Shown here piece by piece: positions 1 through 13,403 of a stretch of DNA of 64,000 nt. The stretch's first letter is position 1. Every line of letters starts with the position of its first letter. Position numbers and translations under genes: made by a program. The notes below the pieces were generated by a model, which saw nothing but the letters and a program-made list of their open reading frames with translations, was not told the DNA's origin and did not search any database. This DNA comes from Eledone cirrhosa. Taxonomy: Eukaryota. The stretch lies in NCBI GenBank assembly GCA_964016885.1, contig OZ024740.1:71238001-71302000 (forward strand), given 5' to 3'.

Positions 1-21
1 AAGCATTCAATACTTTAAGTA

Positions 22-817
22 CAGAGGTTCTCAAACTTTTTGGGCCACTGCCCCTCCTCTTACGGCCACGTAATACCATCAGCACCTCCACCCTATTTCC
101 AGTGAGACCTGCCTATACACAAATTATAAATAATATATAATAAATAAAATCGTTAATTTATATATAATAAATAATATAATATAAGTATGTATCAGCTGTA
201 CTAAGAGCGAGAAATGAAATTTTGTTTCATTCTTTTCCAAATAATATAATATATACTGGAGGCACATGGCTTAGTGGTTAGAGCATTGGACTTGTAATCA
301 AAAGGTTGTGAGTTCAATTCTCAGACCGGGTGATGTGTTGTTTCCTTGAGCAAGACACTTTATTTCACATTGCTCCAGTTTACTCAGCTGTAGAAATGAG
401 ATGATAGGGACCCCAGTCCCTATCATTCCACTGCAAAGTGGACGTGGAGGTGCCACGGCAAAAAGCACCCAGCACTCACTGTAATTGAGGTTGGTGTTAG
501 GAAGGGCATCCAGCTGTAGAAATCAAGCCAGAATCAGTTCCCATCTCACCCTTGCAAGCAGGGAAAAAGCGGACGTAAAATGAAATGATGATGATGATAC
601 TATGTATAAATAGATATATATTTTTTATTTTACTATATTTATATATATGTATCATTTGATATTTAATATACTATCATATCATATATATACAATACTAAAT
701 AATAAATAATAAATTCATAGCATCCCCCCCACCATCCCCTGAGGCCACAGCGCCCCCTCCCCCTGGACCTTCTCAGTACCCCCTGGGGGACAGTAGCACC
801 CAGTTTGAGAACCTCTG
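22..817. mobile_element. hAT (Charlie-like) non-autonomous element carrying an internal SINE
   Basis: TIR CAGAGGTTCTCAAACT at 22 and its exact reverse complement ending at 817; flanks TTTAAGTA / CTTTAGTA are a degraded 8-bp TSD (6/8). Confidence 0.75.
257..598 (+). mobile_element. tRNA-derived SINE, family 1 (RTE-type 3' tail)
   Basis: tRNA-like head (TGGCTTAGTGG A box, GAGTTCAATTC B box) and (GAT)n tail; close copies at about 20995-21376 and 57205-57586. Confidence 0.85.
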
Positions 818-1086
818 CTTTAGTAGAACAAAACAAAAATTGACTAAATTAAACAGCATGGATATGTTAGATTATGCTAACTAGCTGATGTTTTAAATTT
901 CTATATAAAATTGAATATAGGCCACTGTCATAATAAGTCTTTGTGTTCAAAATATTTTAGTTTCATTATTTATTATTTCAAGCACAGAACAAGATTTGGT
1001 ATATAAGTTGCTTTTCATAACCAATATTTTTTATTTTAATTATTATTTTAGTAAAAACTGTGATTTATGTATGAGTTTATATGGTA

Positions 1087-1425
1087 TACTAACCAGGTTA
1101 CATTTTAAATTCTACTAACCAGGGGATATTTTGAATCATATTAACCAAGCAATATTCTAATCATACTAACCAGGTAATATTTTAATCATACTAAGCAGGT
1201 AATATTTTAATCATACTAACCAGGTAATATTTTAATCATACTAACCAGATAATATTTTAATCATACTAACCAGGTAATATTTTAATCATACTAACCAGAT
1301 AATATTTTAATCATACTAACCAGGCAATATTTTAATCATACTAACCAGGCAATATTTTAATCATACTAACCAGGTAATAGTTTTAATTTTATTAACCAGG
1401 TAATATTTTGAATTATACTAACCTA
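1087..1425. repeat. 25-bp minisatellite (TCATACTAACCAGGTAATATTTTAA), about 13 units
   Basis: Direct tandem units, near-identical in the centre and degenerate at both edges. Confidence 0.9.
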
Positions 1426-1518
1426 ACTGAAAATGTTTTCTACTAAAATATTTGAATATTATATTATAAGAACAGATAAGATGTAATGTAGGATTTTTTA
1501 AAAGATTCTTTTATTGTT

Positions 1519-1745
1519 AGGGCAGTGGATTGGTAGTATTGGTAGAGCGTTGGACAACGTGCTTTGTGGCATGTAGTTACAACCCTTTACGTTGTTCAAA
1601 TCCTGCCAAGGTTAGCTTTACCTTTCATCCTTACAAGGTTGATAAAATAGAGTACCAGTAATGCAAAGAGGTCAAGTTACTCGACTTTTCCCTGCCCCCT
1701 TCAAATTGCTGGCCTTGTACCAAAAGTAAAAACAATTATTATAAC
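1519..1745 (+). mobile_element. tRNA-derived SINE, family 2 (representative; many more copies in the window)
   Basis: Head GTGGATTGGTAG...GTTCAAATCC, core CCTTTCATCC...GATAAAATA.AGTACCAG, tail AAATTGCTGGCCTTGT...AAACAATTATT. Recurs near 3625, 9610, 23650, 26360-26900, 27350, 50660, 62400 and 63750. Confidence 0.8.
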
Positions 1746-2149
1746 AATAAAAAATATCTTCTTACACCACACTCAGGTAAATGTTTCAGGGTCCCAGCAG
1801 ACTAAATAGTGAATGTATTACTCTGAAGGATGATGAGGAAGATGCACTGAAAGAGCTATTCCACCTTAACCCTTTAGCATTTAAACTGGCCATATCCAGA
1901 ATTATCTCACCTCTTTCTGTTCAAACTGGATGTAACCAGCTTCTCATACTTATGTTAAGGTATTGTTCTCAAAATAAATAATATTAAAATCTCGTAGATT
2001 TGATATGTGAGATAATTAAGTGAAATAGTGTTTACAGTGAAAATACAATAGTAAATATAGAGTAATGTAAATGCTAAAGAGTATTATTATGGATGGCCAC
2101 TTGAGAGGTGGTCTAGGCTGCCAGATGTTTCCACCTCTAGAGGTTCAAT

Positions 2150-2420
2150 CAGAAGCCTGTCAGAGTGAAGCTGGTACTTTGTCAGCTTATAATCCACAGC
2201 CTGATGGGAAGATAGGTGATAATGCTTGATGCAGATTTCACCAGGTTGCTTGAAAGTATTGCTATAGGTCGTTTTCCCAAATTAGAGACCCCATTGTGAT
2301 GCTGTCCCCATAGTTTACTTTTGTGAATTCCAGTTGCAACAGGAAGCTGTCTACATTCAAACCCCATTTAACAATATCCTTTAGAGTAGCATGCCAAGGA
2401 ATTGGCCAGCACAGTGGCAG
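2150..2420 (-). mobile_element. Degraded CRE-like non-LTR retrotransposon, restriction-like endonuclease (RLE) remnant
   Basis: Frameshifted peptides HATLKDIVKWGL...QLE and DSITM..LIWE parallel the better-preserved copy at 23974-24355. Confidence 0.45.
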
Positions 2421-2710
2421 CACAACAATGGGTGGCACCCAGAAACGTCTATTGTTGACTGATGATGGCTTTTGTGTTGCTAACATATCCGAAGATGAAA
2501 TTTGAGTGAAATGCCAATCCAGAGACTGTTGCTATCCAACTATGTGCCAGTCAACTGCAAGGGTATAGCATTCAACTATATGTCTTTGTAAAAAAGAGCC
2601 AGTCTAAGCTAGTCAAGCAAATAGACAATAACTTTTACTTGCCAGTTGAGTATTATATTAACACTGAGTGGCATGTGACATTCATTAATACTAACAACTG
2701 TAATATATTA

Positions 2711-3445
2711 CTAGCAGAATGACCCGGCGTTGCTCGGGATTCTAAACATAGATTGGCATCTTTATCCCTCCTTTCTGAAACAGTTTCGTCGTATGTTCAC
2801 CAATTGATGCAGAAGTCCTAATAAAAAGTGAAGTCACCTTGGGTGAATAGGCAAATAATTTTCCATTAAGATTTTTCAAAAGCATGTAATTGCGTCCCCT
2901 CTCTTTTTTGTTGTTGTTTTTGCTGCTGTCGAGCCTCGTGAAATAAATACGTTTGTTTATATTTTGTTATTGTGTATGCAAAAATATCTCTACACGAATA
3001 TATAATTATATATATATATATTAAAATAACAGATTAAAGTTTAAGCGAAGAATCGCTGCTTTCACCCTTAACGGGTGAAACTAAAAAAATCAATCTGTGA
3101 ACGCAGAAGTAAATATTTCGAAAAACGTTACACACTATATATATATATATATATATATACACACTATATATACATATATATACACACACTATACATATAT
3201 ATATACACACACACACACATATAGCATCATAATGTCGTAATGCAGACAGCTAGGCATACAGACAGATATTATAAGGGCACAACGTTATAGCTATCTAGGG
3301 CATTGAAAATTTGAAATATATTTTGCTCAAAACACTCACACCACAACCATAAGTATTACATGTGTAAAGTTTGAAAACAATCGGTTGGGTGGTTCTCGAG
3401 TTTTAGGGAGCGGATAAGACAGACATTCTGTTTTAGATATATAGA
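2711..3445 (-). mobile_element. Non-autonomous Helitron
   Basis: On the - strand it starts A|TCTATATATCTAAAA and ends CCCGAGCAACGCCGGG (hairpin) TCATTCTG CTAG|T; no TSD. Confidence 0.85.
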
Positions 3446-4168
3446 TTATTCCCTGTCAAAAGGATGGGGGATTGGCAAGATCATTACTGTGTCACATGAA
3501 ATATATTGCAGTATGGCCCTCTTCATTTTGAGATCAATAAAATAAAGTACTAGTCAAGTGTTGGGTTAATTTAATCAACTTCCTCTTCCCCAATAATTGT
3601 TGGCCTTGTGCATATGTCAAAAGGGCAGTGGGCTGGCAGAATTATTAGTGTCAGATGAAATACATTGCAGTATTTTGTTACATTCCTCTACATTCTGGTT
3701 TTAAATCAAAGTCAATTTTACCTTTCATCTTTCTGAGGTCGATAAAATAAAGTACTGTGGTTGATGTATTCAACTTCCCTTCCCCACAAATTGCTGGCTT
3801 TGTGCCTTAATTAGTAATCATTATTGTTCCATCATTAATACATGTTAAGATATCAAGCCTAAATATCCTTCCTGATATCATCTATTGTATAACATAATAG
3901 TCGAATAATTGTTTTGTCCTCACTATAATATCTTCTCTGTTTGGTATCATCATCATCATTATCATCACTGTTTTACGTCCATTTTTCCATGCTAGCATGA
4001 GTTAGACGAGTTGTCCTGTGAGCAACGCTAGGTCCGGTGACTATGTCTTGCTTATACAGAACTGATTTGGGCTTGGTTTCTACAGCTGGATGCCTTTCCT
4101 AACGCATCCTTTATTCTATATGTCATCTGTCTGATATCCTATGTGTGTGTATGTATGTGTGCGTATGT

Positions 4169-4174
<6 letters not shown>

Positions 4175-4199
<25 letters not shown>

Positions 4200-5217
4200 A
4201 CGTTTAACGTCCGTGTTCCACGCTTGCATGGGTTTGGACGGGGGTATTCCCACTTGAGGCAAGAGTGATTGTCTTGTTCGCATAGGACTGTCTGGCAGGT
4301 TTTCTACAGCTGGATGCCCTTCCTAACACCAACCACATTTACAGTGTGGGTCTGGGAGGTTTTTACCGTGTTGCCTACACGGCCACATTACAGAGTGGAC
4401 TGTCTGGCAGGTTTTCTACAGTTGGATGCCCTTCCTAACACCAACCACATTTACAGTGTGGGTCTGGGAGGTTTTTACCGTGTTGCCTACACGGCCACAT
4501 TACAGCGTGGACTGTCTGGCAGGTTTTCTACAGTTGGATGCCCTTCCTAACACCAACCACATTTACAGTGTGGGTCTGGGAGGTTTTTACCGTGTTGCCT
4601 ACACGGCCACATTACAGCATGGACTGTGTGTTTTTTTGTCGTGACACCTACACGATCTCATTTGTTTCGGCCTGGATGGCGCGGCACCAACATAACTTTA
4701 CATAGAATGGGGTGGGGGTGGTGGGACGGGGGTGTATTTTGTTAGAGATGCCTACTGGCTGTAGTAGGTTTTACTATGTATTTAGGTAAGGCGGGTCTTC
4801 TCTGTTACTGAGTACCGCCAAAGGTCTCGGTCCAGTGACATTGTCTTGGAGAGGTGTAAGTGTGTGAGGTCGGAATTTATCAGGTCGTCCCAGGTTTTTC
4901 TGGGTCTGCCTACTCCGTAGCTACCGTCTATCTTTATTGCCCTGCACTTTGTTATACAGCTATCGACTTTCATGCGCATCACGTGTCCATACCAACGTAG
5001 CCTTCTCTCGAGTAAACAACATCTGATCCCTCTTATTTCTAATTTTTTCCTTAGTTCGTTTATGCTTTGCCGTTCACGTATATTACTATTACACATCCAG
5101 CGGAGCATGCAAGCTTCGTTCCTCTCTAGTCTGCGTATATCCTCTGCACACAATGCCCAGGTCTCACTGCCATGCAACATTGCTGTTCGTATGCAGGCAT
5201 CATACAACCTGCCCTTC
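4175..5217 (-). mobile_element. 5'-truncated RTE-clade LINE (RT C-terminus plus 3'UTR with a 3x112-bp tandem duplication at 4285-4625)
   Basis: ORF 4782-5207 YDACIRTAMLHGSETW...RRLRWYGHVMR...GRPRKTW is a typical RTE C-terminus; (CAT)n tail at the left end. Confidence 0.9.
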
Positions 5218-6894
5218 TGTATGTGTGCATGTATGTATATGTGTATACATGTATGTGTGTATAGATGTATGTGTGCATGTCTGTCTGTCTATCTCTTAAT
5301 TTTGAGTGTTTTTGCCAGCCTCCTCCCCAGTGGTTAGGTTGTAAGGGAAAAGAAAATGTTCATTATTCCTTGTGTAATCATAAAAATGTTTTACAGATTT
5401 TGAAGGCTCCAGATATTGTGGCTATATCTTATGAATTATGTCTGTCTATGGATTATTGGACCTGTTTCACAAATTCCATCATATTCTTGTTATTTCCAAA
5501 TTTCATTTACTTTCAACCACCCAGTCTCTGTGTATTTTTGATTGTATGTCTTTCTAATTTGTTTTCTTCATGTGATGAAATGTCTTTAACTCTTTTCTGA
5601 TAATTTTTCAAACCAAGAATAAAGATTTTACTTGCATATTTCAATTAATTTTTGAAATACTGAAGGATTTGGAGGAGTGGGACCTACAGGAGAAGTTAAC
5701 AGAAACTTTTTTTTATTTATTTGTTATTATTTTTTATTTTTATGGTTTGGACAGTAGAGGGTTAGTACCCATGAACCACCAAGATCCCTTATAGTATCCC
5801 TTTCTCCGGGAATACGCAAGGGACTAGTAGCCTCTTCCCATAGAAAAACTGATATGATAATGGAACTGTGTAAGGGCGGACCACTTTGTGTAATACAGCA
5901 TGGAATGGAAATAAGGAAAAAGAGTGAACAAAGTAATGTGTGTGTGTTTGCATGTTTTTATAATAGCTACATTGGCTCAACAACCAGTTGAATTACTGTT
6001 ATATATATATATTACTTCTCCAAACCAACTAACTGAACATACAGACTCTTTTCCTACTATATCAAATGTTAATATATATATATCTTCATTGTACTGTATC
6101 GTATGCTGTGTTGTTTTCTGTTTACTTTTAGCCTATATATATATATATCATCATCATTGTTTAACGTCTATCTTCCACGCTAGCATGGGTTAGACGGGAG
6201 TTGTCCTACTTGAGGCAAGATTGATCAGGTGACTGTGTATGGCAGGCTTTCTATGGCTGGATGCCCTTCTTAACACCAACCACATTTACAGTGTGGACTG
6301 GGTGCTTTTTGTTGTGACACTTACACGACCACTTTAGTGTGGACTGGATGTTCTGTGGTACCAACATAACTTTACAGAGAAAGGCTGGTGTGGGTGGGAG
6401 TAGGGGTAGTGGGTTGGGGTGTATATTTGGTTAAGAGGTGCCTACTGACTGTAGGTTTAACTTTGTACGTAAGGGAAGGACTACTTTGTGTAATAGAGCA
6501 TGGAAATATATATATATATAAGTGAAATAGGGTAAATAAAATATATTTTATTTACCCTATTCCATGTCTCCTGTTATAAGTTCAGTTAAGACTCTAATTC
6601 AGTTACCTCGCTGTATCTCCATTTCAATCCTCCCCACCACCACCTTACCCTCATAGACCAATCAAACCATGCCAATACATATATACCTTCACTCACTACT
6701 ACTATCATTCCTATTCTTCTTGGAGGTTTTTTTTTTTATTCCATTTATTATGGAGCAACCCAAAATATGAATATGAATCCATGTGTTCCCAGGCGACCAT
6801 ACAAACTTTCTTTATTTCAGATACTGAAAGCAAGCACCCACCTCTGCAAGTAGCCACCCTCATCTTCCTTCTCTGCCTCTTATAGCAAACTTCT

Positions 6895-9475
6895 AAACTT
6901 CAGCACTGGCACTATCAATGTGAGCACAATGAAAGGAAGAACAGGAGAGATTGAAGAGATAAGAAAATTGGTGTATGCTGTGTGCAGGAGGAGAGTCAGC
7001 TAGACTCCTTGTCGGCAAAAACAGTGCTACAAATGTTTTGGAGTGGGCAATGACAAGGGGCTGGGGGAAGTAGGTATTTTATTAGCTGAAAAATGGGTAA
7101 ATAAAGTAATCTCAGTAATTCCAGTGAACGAGAGAATCATTAAACTTCTAGTAGTCCTGCATACACAGCTCAATCTTGGTTGGCATGCGAACTAAAATAT
7201 AGATTTTACGAATCCCTAATGCACATTACTTCCCTAACGAATAGCATTGACTTCCTAATCATTGCAGGGGACTTTAATGGAGACTTTCGGCAACACTGTG
7301 ATGGTTTCTACAGAGTCCATGGAGGATACAGACTTGGCGTGAGAATCGAAGAAGGTTTCAGGCTTCTAGAATTCTGCGATGCCAATGATCTATCTATATG
7401 CAACACAAACTTCAAAAAGTCTAAGGCAGTGTGTTGGAAAATTGTGATGTCGTTGGAGAGTAGTGTGTGCAAGATGATAAAGGTGCACTTGCCCTCACGG
7501 ATGCTGAAAAGAAAGTAGCATGGAAGAGCCATTGTGAAAGATTACTGAACAAAGGAGAATGCACGGGAGCAAGATAGTCTACCCCAAGTAGACCCAACAG
7601 AGGGTCCGGCTGTACAAGTCAGTAGAAGCGTAATAAGTAAAGCAATTAAGGATATGAAGATGGGGAAAGCAGCTGATCCATAGGGGATAGTCGCTGAGAT
7701 GCTGAAAGCATCTGAAATGGTAGGTCACACCTTAACCACTCGTATTGTAAACCAGGTAATGCCAAATGATTGGCATAGCAGTATCATTGTCAACTGCTAC
7801 AAGGGTGAAGGAGATGCACTAGATAGAGGAAACTATAGAGGCATCAAGTTGATGAAGGTAACAGAAAGAGATATAGCACAGCTGATTAGAGGCCGGGTTA
7901 ACCTAGATGAGAATTAGCTCAGATTTGTTTCAGGTAAAGGTACCACTGATGACCTCTTCTTTGTGAAGCAACTTCAGGAGAAGTACTTAGCTAAAAGTAA
8001 GCCTGTCTATCTGGCCTTTGTTGACCTGGAGAAAGCTTTTGACAGAGTTCACTGTGCCATAATCTGGTGACTCTAAGAAAACTATGAGTAGATGAGTGGC
8101 TTATGAAGGCTATACTAGCCATGTATAGAGGAGCAGTCAGTAAAGTTAGGATTAACAATGACTATAGTAAAGAATTTAACATTCAGGTGGGTGTCCACCG
8201 GGGCTGTGTTCTTAGCCCTCTCTTGTTTATTATCATCCTACAGGTTATAACAGAGGAGTTTCAGACTGGCTGCCCATGGGAATTCCTGTACGCAGATGAT
8301 CTAACACGTATAGCTGACTTTATGGCAGGATTTCCAAATTTGGAAGCATGACCTAGAATTAAAGGGTCTTAAAGTCAGCCCAACAAAGACAAAGCTCTTA
8401 GTAAGTAGATGGGAAAACAGGGCTCTGATTCCCTCAGGGAAATGACCTAGCTCAGTGTGCAGGAAAAATGTAGGCAGAAATTCCATTCTCTGTCCCAAAT
8501 GCAAACTATGGGTACACGTGGGATCTCAGGTAGGTTAGCTAAGAACACAGGGGCAGTTAGCAAATGCCCACAGGAAATAAGCTCTATCAAATTCTTGGAG
8601 TGTTCTGTAGAAGCAGTGGAGGTGGGTGTTCCAAAAGTACAGTAGCCAGAGTGGAAACGGGATGGAAAAAGTTCAGGGAGCTACTACTGTTGCTAGCTAC
8701 TAAAGGTTTTTCCCTCAAAATGAAAGGTAGTTTGTATAATGTGTATATACAAACAGCAATGTTGTATGGTAGCGAGGCCTGGCTACTGTGTGCACAGGAC
8801 CTGTGAAGATTAGAAAGAAATGAAGCTTGCATGCTTCAATGGATGTGCAGTAATATAATAATTGAATGGAGAGAGATCAGATGCAGTGTGCAGGAGAAGA
8901 GATTGCATTGGTATGGACATGTGATGTGTATGAAGGATGACAGTTGTATAAAAAGGTGCAGTGCACTCAAAGTTGATGGAAGCCATGGAGTAGGAACACT
9001 TGGGATGAAGTGATAAAAGCTGACCTAGCACAATTGCTCCTTTCAGAGGCGATGACACAGGACCGAAATCTCTGGTGTTATGCAGTAATACAGAAGACCC
9101 ATCTTCCCCCGTGCATGGGTTGTAACATACATCTAGTATGCACCTTCACCTTCGACCCAATACTCAGCCCACACTGTGAAGTGGTCGTTTTGGTGCTCCA
9201 ACAAAAAGCACTCAGCCTACACTGTAAAGTTGTTGTGTATGTGTCACAACAAAAGATGCCCAGCCCACACTGTAAAGTGGCCGTGCAGGTATCACGACAA
9301 AAAGCACCAGTACACAATGTAAATGTGGTTGGCGTTACAAAGGGCATCCAGCCATAGAAACCAAGCCACAACCACTTCTGCATGACCAAGAGACGGTCAC
9401 TGGTCTGACTTGTCTCATGTCAGGACAACTCATCTAACCATGCTAGCATGGAAAAATGGATGTAAAATGGTGATG
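6895..9475 (+). mobile_element. Degraded, internally deleted RTE LINE (APE endonuclease + RT)
   Basis: Fragments IIAGDFNG, LLEFCDANDL..CNT.F, YKGEGDALDRGNYRGIKL, AFVDLEKAFD, GVHRGCVLSPLLF, LYADDL, RLHWYGHV with many stops and frameshifts; 3'UTR as in the other RTE copies. Confidence 0.9.
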
Positions 9476-10174
9476 AAGAGAGAGAGAATGATAAATAGAT
9501 ACACATATATATTAATTTTTAAATTAAGAGGCATGTGCATACATATATACTTATATTATACAATGCATGAGCATGATAATGTATACACTTATAAATACAG
9601 TACAAGGGTAGTGAATTGGCAGTATTGGTAGAGAGTTGGTAAAATACTATTGTGGTGGTGTTCTGGCTCTTTACATTCTGAGTTCAAATCTCACTAAGGT
9701 CAACTCTGCCTTTCATCCTTCCAAGATTAATAAAATAAAATACCATTCAAATACTGGGGTTGGTTTAATCTACTTAGTCCTTCCCCCACATTTGTTGGCC
9801 CTCTTACCTAAATTAGAAATCAATATTAGGAATTACAGATATTAATTTTAGACAGTGGGCCTGTTTCTCTTCTACATCATAAGTTAGATAGGAGAATATT
9901 AATGTATTATACAGATCTCTGAACAAAAATAGGCAATCATGGAAGTAATATTAATATCACAATTTGGCATCAAGATGGTGCCATCCACAAGAGCAGCATG
10001 CACAGGTCATGAATACGGGATTTATGATGTGTGAGTCAGTCAAGTTAGATTCAAATTCCGATAAAAAGTAACAGAATGACAGTGAAGTATGAACATGAAT
10101 GTTCATAAAATATATATATACCTACAATAAAAAGACAGTAAAAATTAGCCAAAGACACCCTTGATGGTGAGGCA

Positions 10175-11032
10175 TGGCTGTCGACAAGTGTACCACCATG
10201 CATTTTGGGAGGAAAAATCCAGTGTCCACATACTCCCTCCACAACACTGATATCAAGAAGTCCTCTTGTGAACGTGACCTGGGCATTACTGTCAGCAGCG
10301 ATTTGCATTGAACAAAGCACGTCTCTAAGATTGTCAAGAAGGCCGAGGGTGTCTTGGCATCACTCAGCAAGACCTTTGTTAGCCGCTCTCCAGCCATCTA
10401 TTTAAAGCTGTATACAGATATGGTACGACCACACTTGGAATTCGCATCATCAGTCTAGAACCCCTATCTTGCTCAGAACATTGACCTCCTGGAAACTGTT
10501 CAGAGACATGCAACCAAGCGCATACCCTCCATCAGACACCTACCATACTCTGAACGCCTTGCTTCCCTGGGCATGGATTCATTGAAGCTCCGACGTCTGG
10601 CAATGGACTTGGTAAACACCCACAAAGTTATTAACCATCTTGCCAACAACAACCCTGAGCACCTTTTTGATCTCCATGTGTCTAACACACGTAGACATGC
10701 CTACAAAATCAGAAAACAGCACAGCTCCCATGACTTTCTGAAACATTTTTTCACGCTGAGAGTTGCTGAAGCATGGAACAAACTGCCTGCGCCAGTTGTT
10801 AGCTGCCGAGACACTGGATCCTTTAAAACCCTCATGCTTCCCAAAATTTGCCAAAACTACACCTGATGTACTCCTTCCATACACATGCACACATGTATAT
10901 CATGACTCATATATACTACAAAATATATTATCATCATTTTCCTGACGTTTGTACATTACCCTATGTACTATACATACACTTTTGATGAGTTGTAATGCAC
11001 CTGAGCACTGTATACAATATTTTCATTATTAT
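10175..11032 (+). mobile_element. 5'-truncated CR1/L2-type LINE 3' end
   Basis: LYTDMVRPHLEFASSV.NPY, QRHATK, FFTLRVAEAWNKLP; the 3'UTR and (ATT)n tail recur inverted at 23355-23530 and 56555-56597. Confidence 0.85.
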
Positions 11033-11538
11033 TGTACTGGGTAATTGCTGGCCTTGTGCCTAAAGTAGAAACAATTATTATTATATATAAAATAATAGAC
11101 TTAGGAATGTTGTTGTTCCAAGCAAACTGTAGAGAACTTATCAGAAAATATGAGAAGGTTCTAATAAAGAAATTGAAACTCAAAACTAGTCCTGTCTTCA
11201 ACTATATATACATATATAATTTTGTTTTTTCTTCAGATATACAGACACACCTGCAAACATTTATATATATATATATATATAACCTATTCAAGCATGGAAA
11301 ATAGATGTTAGATAGTGATGATGTTGTTTTGTCTTTTATTCACAGTGGTTGCCTATGTCTTTATTTTATAACACAGTGGGTAACTATATACATACACAAT
11401 TTTATGTTTATCTTCATCACAGTGGGTGACTAAATGTATATGTACACACATGCGCACACACGCACATACAAACACACACAATAATAATAATAATAATGAT
11501 ATTTATTATATATAATTTTGTCTTTCTTTTCTTATCAG

Positions 11539-11696
11539 TGGCTGACAGTAATTTTTGGGAGAAGAATCCTCACCGGTTTTTCAATAAAAAGAATGAAGCC
11601 TTTGAACCATTAAGCATGGTAATGTTTTACAGTTGGATAGCTTTGGCTACATTGGCAGTTCTTGGAGTACTGACACTATTTCGACACAGGCACAGG
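11539..11696 (+). CDS. Penultimate exon of an unidentified single-pass membrane protein gene
   Basis: Polypyrimidine-CAG acceptor and GTAAAG donor; encodes ADSNFWEKNPHRFFNKKNEAFEPLS, a hydrophobic helix MVMFYSWIALATLAVLGVLTLF and basic RHRHR. Confidence 0.7.
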
Positions 11697-12050
11697 GTAA
11701 AGTATCTATATTGTTATTTGTAAGAGATGCTGTCACCAAAGAGATAGCAAGTTCAGCAAACTGTGTTTTTTCACCTTGTATTTCATGTTCTTGTCATTTA
11801 ACCCTTTAATGTTCAAACCGACCAAAACCGGTCAGAATTCTCTACCTTTTTCTGTTGAAACTGGCTGTAACTGGTCACTCAAATTGATGTTAAGGTATTG
11901 TTCTCAAAATAAATACTTTCAAAATCTCATAGATTCGATATTATGTGAAAATATAATAGTATATATAGAGTAATGTGAATGCTAAAGGGTAAATTGTAAA
12001 TTTTGGATGTATGTGTATATATATCTATCCTTTCCTGTATATTTTTTTAG

Positions 12051-12260
12051 CCCTTCAGCATTTAATCCACGGCCATATCCAGCCAGAATTCTCTCACCTC
12101 TTTCTGTTTAAACTGGCTGTAACCAACTACTCATACTAATGTTAAGGTATTGTTCTCAAAATAAATAATATCAAAATCTCATAGATTCGATATTATGTGA
12201 GATAAAGCCTTTACAATGAAAATATAGTAGTAAATATTGAGTAATGTAAATGATAAAGGG
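12051..12260. mobile_element. piggyBac-like MITE (related copies at about 1870-2080, 11802-11989 and 43031-43910)
   Basis: CCCTT.AGCATTT...AAATG.TAAAGGG termini with TTAA flanks in several copies. Confidence 0.7.
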
Positions 12261-12698
12261 TTAATAATATATAAGAAAAAAATACACCTTGAGTAACTCA
12301 ATGTGTTTATGCACTTACAGGTTGAAATATAGTAAGGAGAAAATTTTAATCAGAGTATATAAAACAAATTAAGATGACGGAAGTTCTTAAATAATTTAAT
12401 CTTTACAGTTGTTTCAACACAATGTTTTTCTTTAAACACAGAACTGGACAAAATGTAACCCATAATAACAATAGCAATGATAATATAATAATTATAATAG
12501 TAGAAACAAGAAGATTAATATTTTGTACTTTATGCTAGTTTGTGTTTTTAAAATATTTATATCTCCAGAAGATAAAACATCTGTATAAAAAAATGGGTAC
12601 AAGGAGGAAATGTTACTTCAAACTTGCTCAATGCTTGTAAAATGATTGTTTATTTTGAAATACACCAATATATATTTATTTCTATCTTTCATTGGTAG

Positions 12699-12788
12699 GT
12701 TACTGGTTATGTATATGACTTTCATCTGAGACATCGAGCTGGTCATGTGGAAGAAGACAGACGCCTCTTGAAGAATGCTTATGCTTAG
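12699..12788 (+). CDS. Terminal coding exon of the same membrane protein (cytoplasmic tail)
   Basis: TTTCATTGGTAG acceptor, phase 0 matching the previous donor; VTGYVYDFHLRHRAGHVEEDRRLLKNAYA*. Confidence 0.65.
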   Translation, partial: VTGYVYDFHLRHRAGHVEEDRRLLKNAYA

Positions 12789-13008
12789 AATGGCTCTCAC
12801 CTCACAGTCAGACATCATTTCTCTCTCCACCACCCCTCTTTCCTTTGTTGTTGTGTTTTTTGTTAATGGTCGTTTTTATTTTTTTTTATTCCATTATTCA
12901 AAAGGGTCTTAAATCTACTGTGGCATTAGTGGCTAGTGTTTATGATGACGATAGTCTGTATAACTTTTGTATATCTCTTAAACTTTAGTTTCCATCTTTC
13001 CCATTTTA

Positions 13009-13064
<56 letters not shown>

Positions 13065-13349
13065 AATATTTAGTATAGATATGAATTCTAAAGGACTAGA
13101 ACTGTTTCATTCATTTCATTTCTATATTAAATATTGATGCTTACACACTACAAATGTATTGCGGACCTTTTTTAATTGTGGTTACCCACCGATATTATTT
13201 GGGATCTACATATATTCACATACATACATGTACAAACAGGAGAACAAATACTCATTATAAATAGAAAGTAAAGAGTGATAAGAGGAAGGAACAGCGGAAA
13301 AATAAGAAAAAAAAACATGTGCGTATTCAGTCAGCCATCTTGGAGATGA

Positions 13350-13364
13350 ATATGTATATTTATT

Positions 13365-13403
<39 letters not shown>

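Noticed and set aside
257-335. tRNA-like sequences at SINE heads (also 20995, 41995, 57205) as tRNA genes
   Set aside because: No complete acceptor stem, and each continues into a repeated SINE body.
5397-5480. Possible upstream exon of the membrane-protein gene (TTTTACAG then ILKAPDIVAISYEL...)
   Set aside because: The acceptor is plausible, but I found no convincing donor, phase link or recognisable homology.
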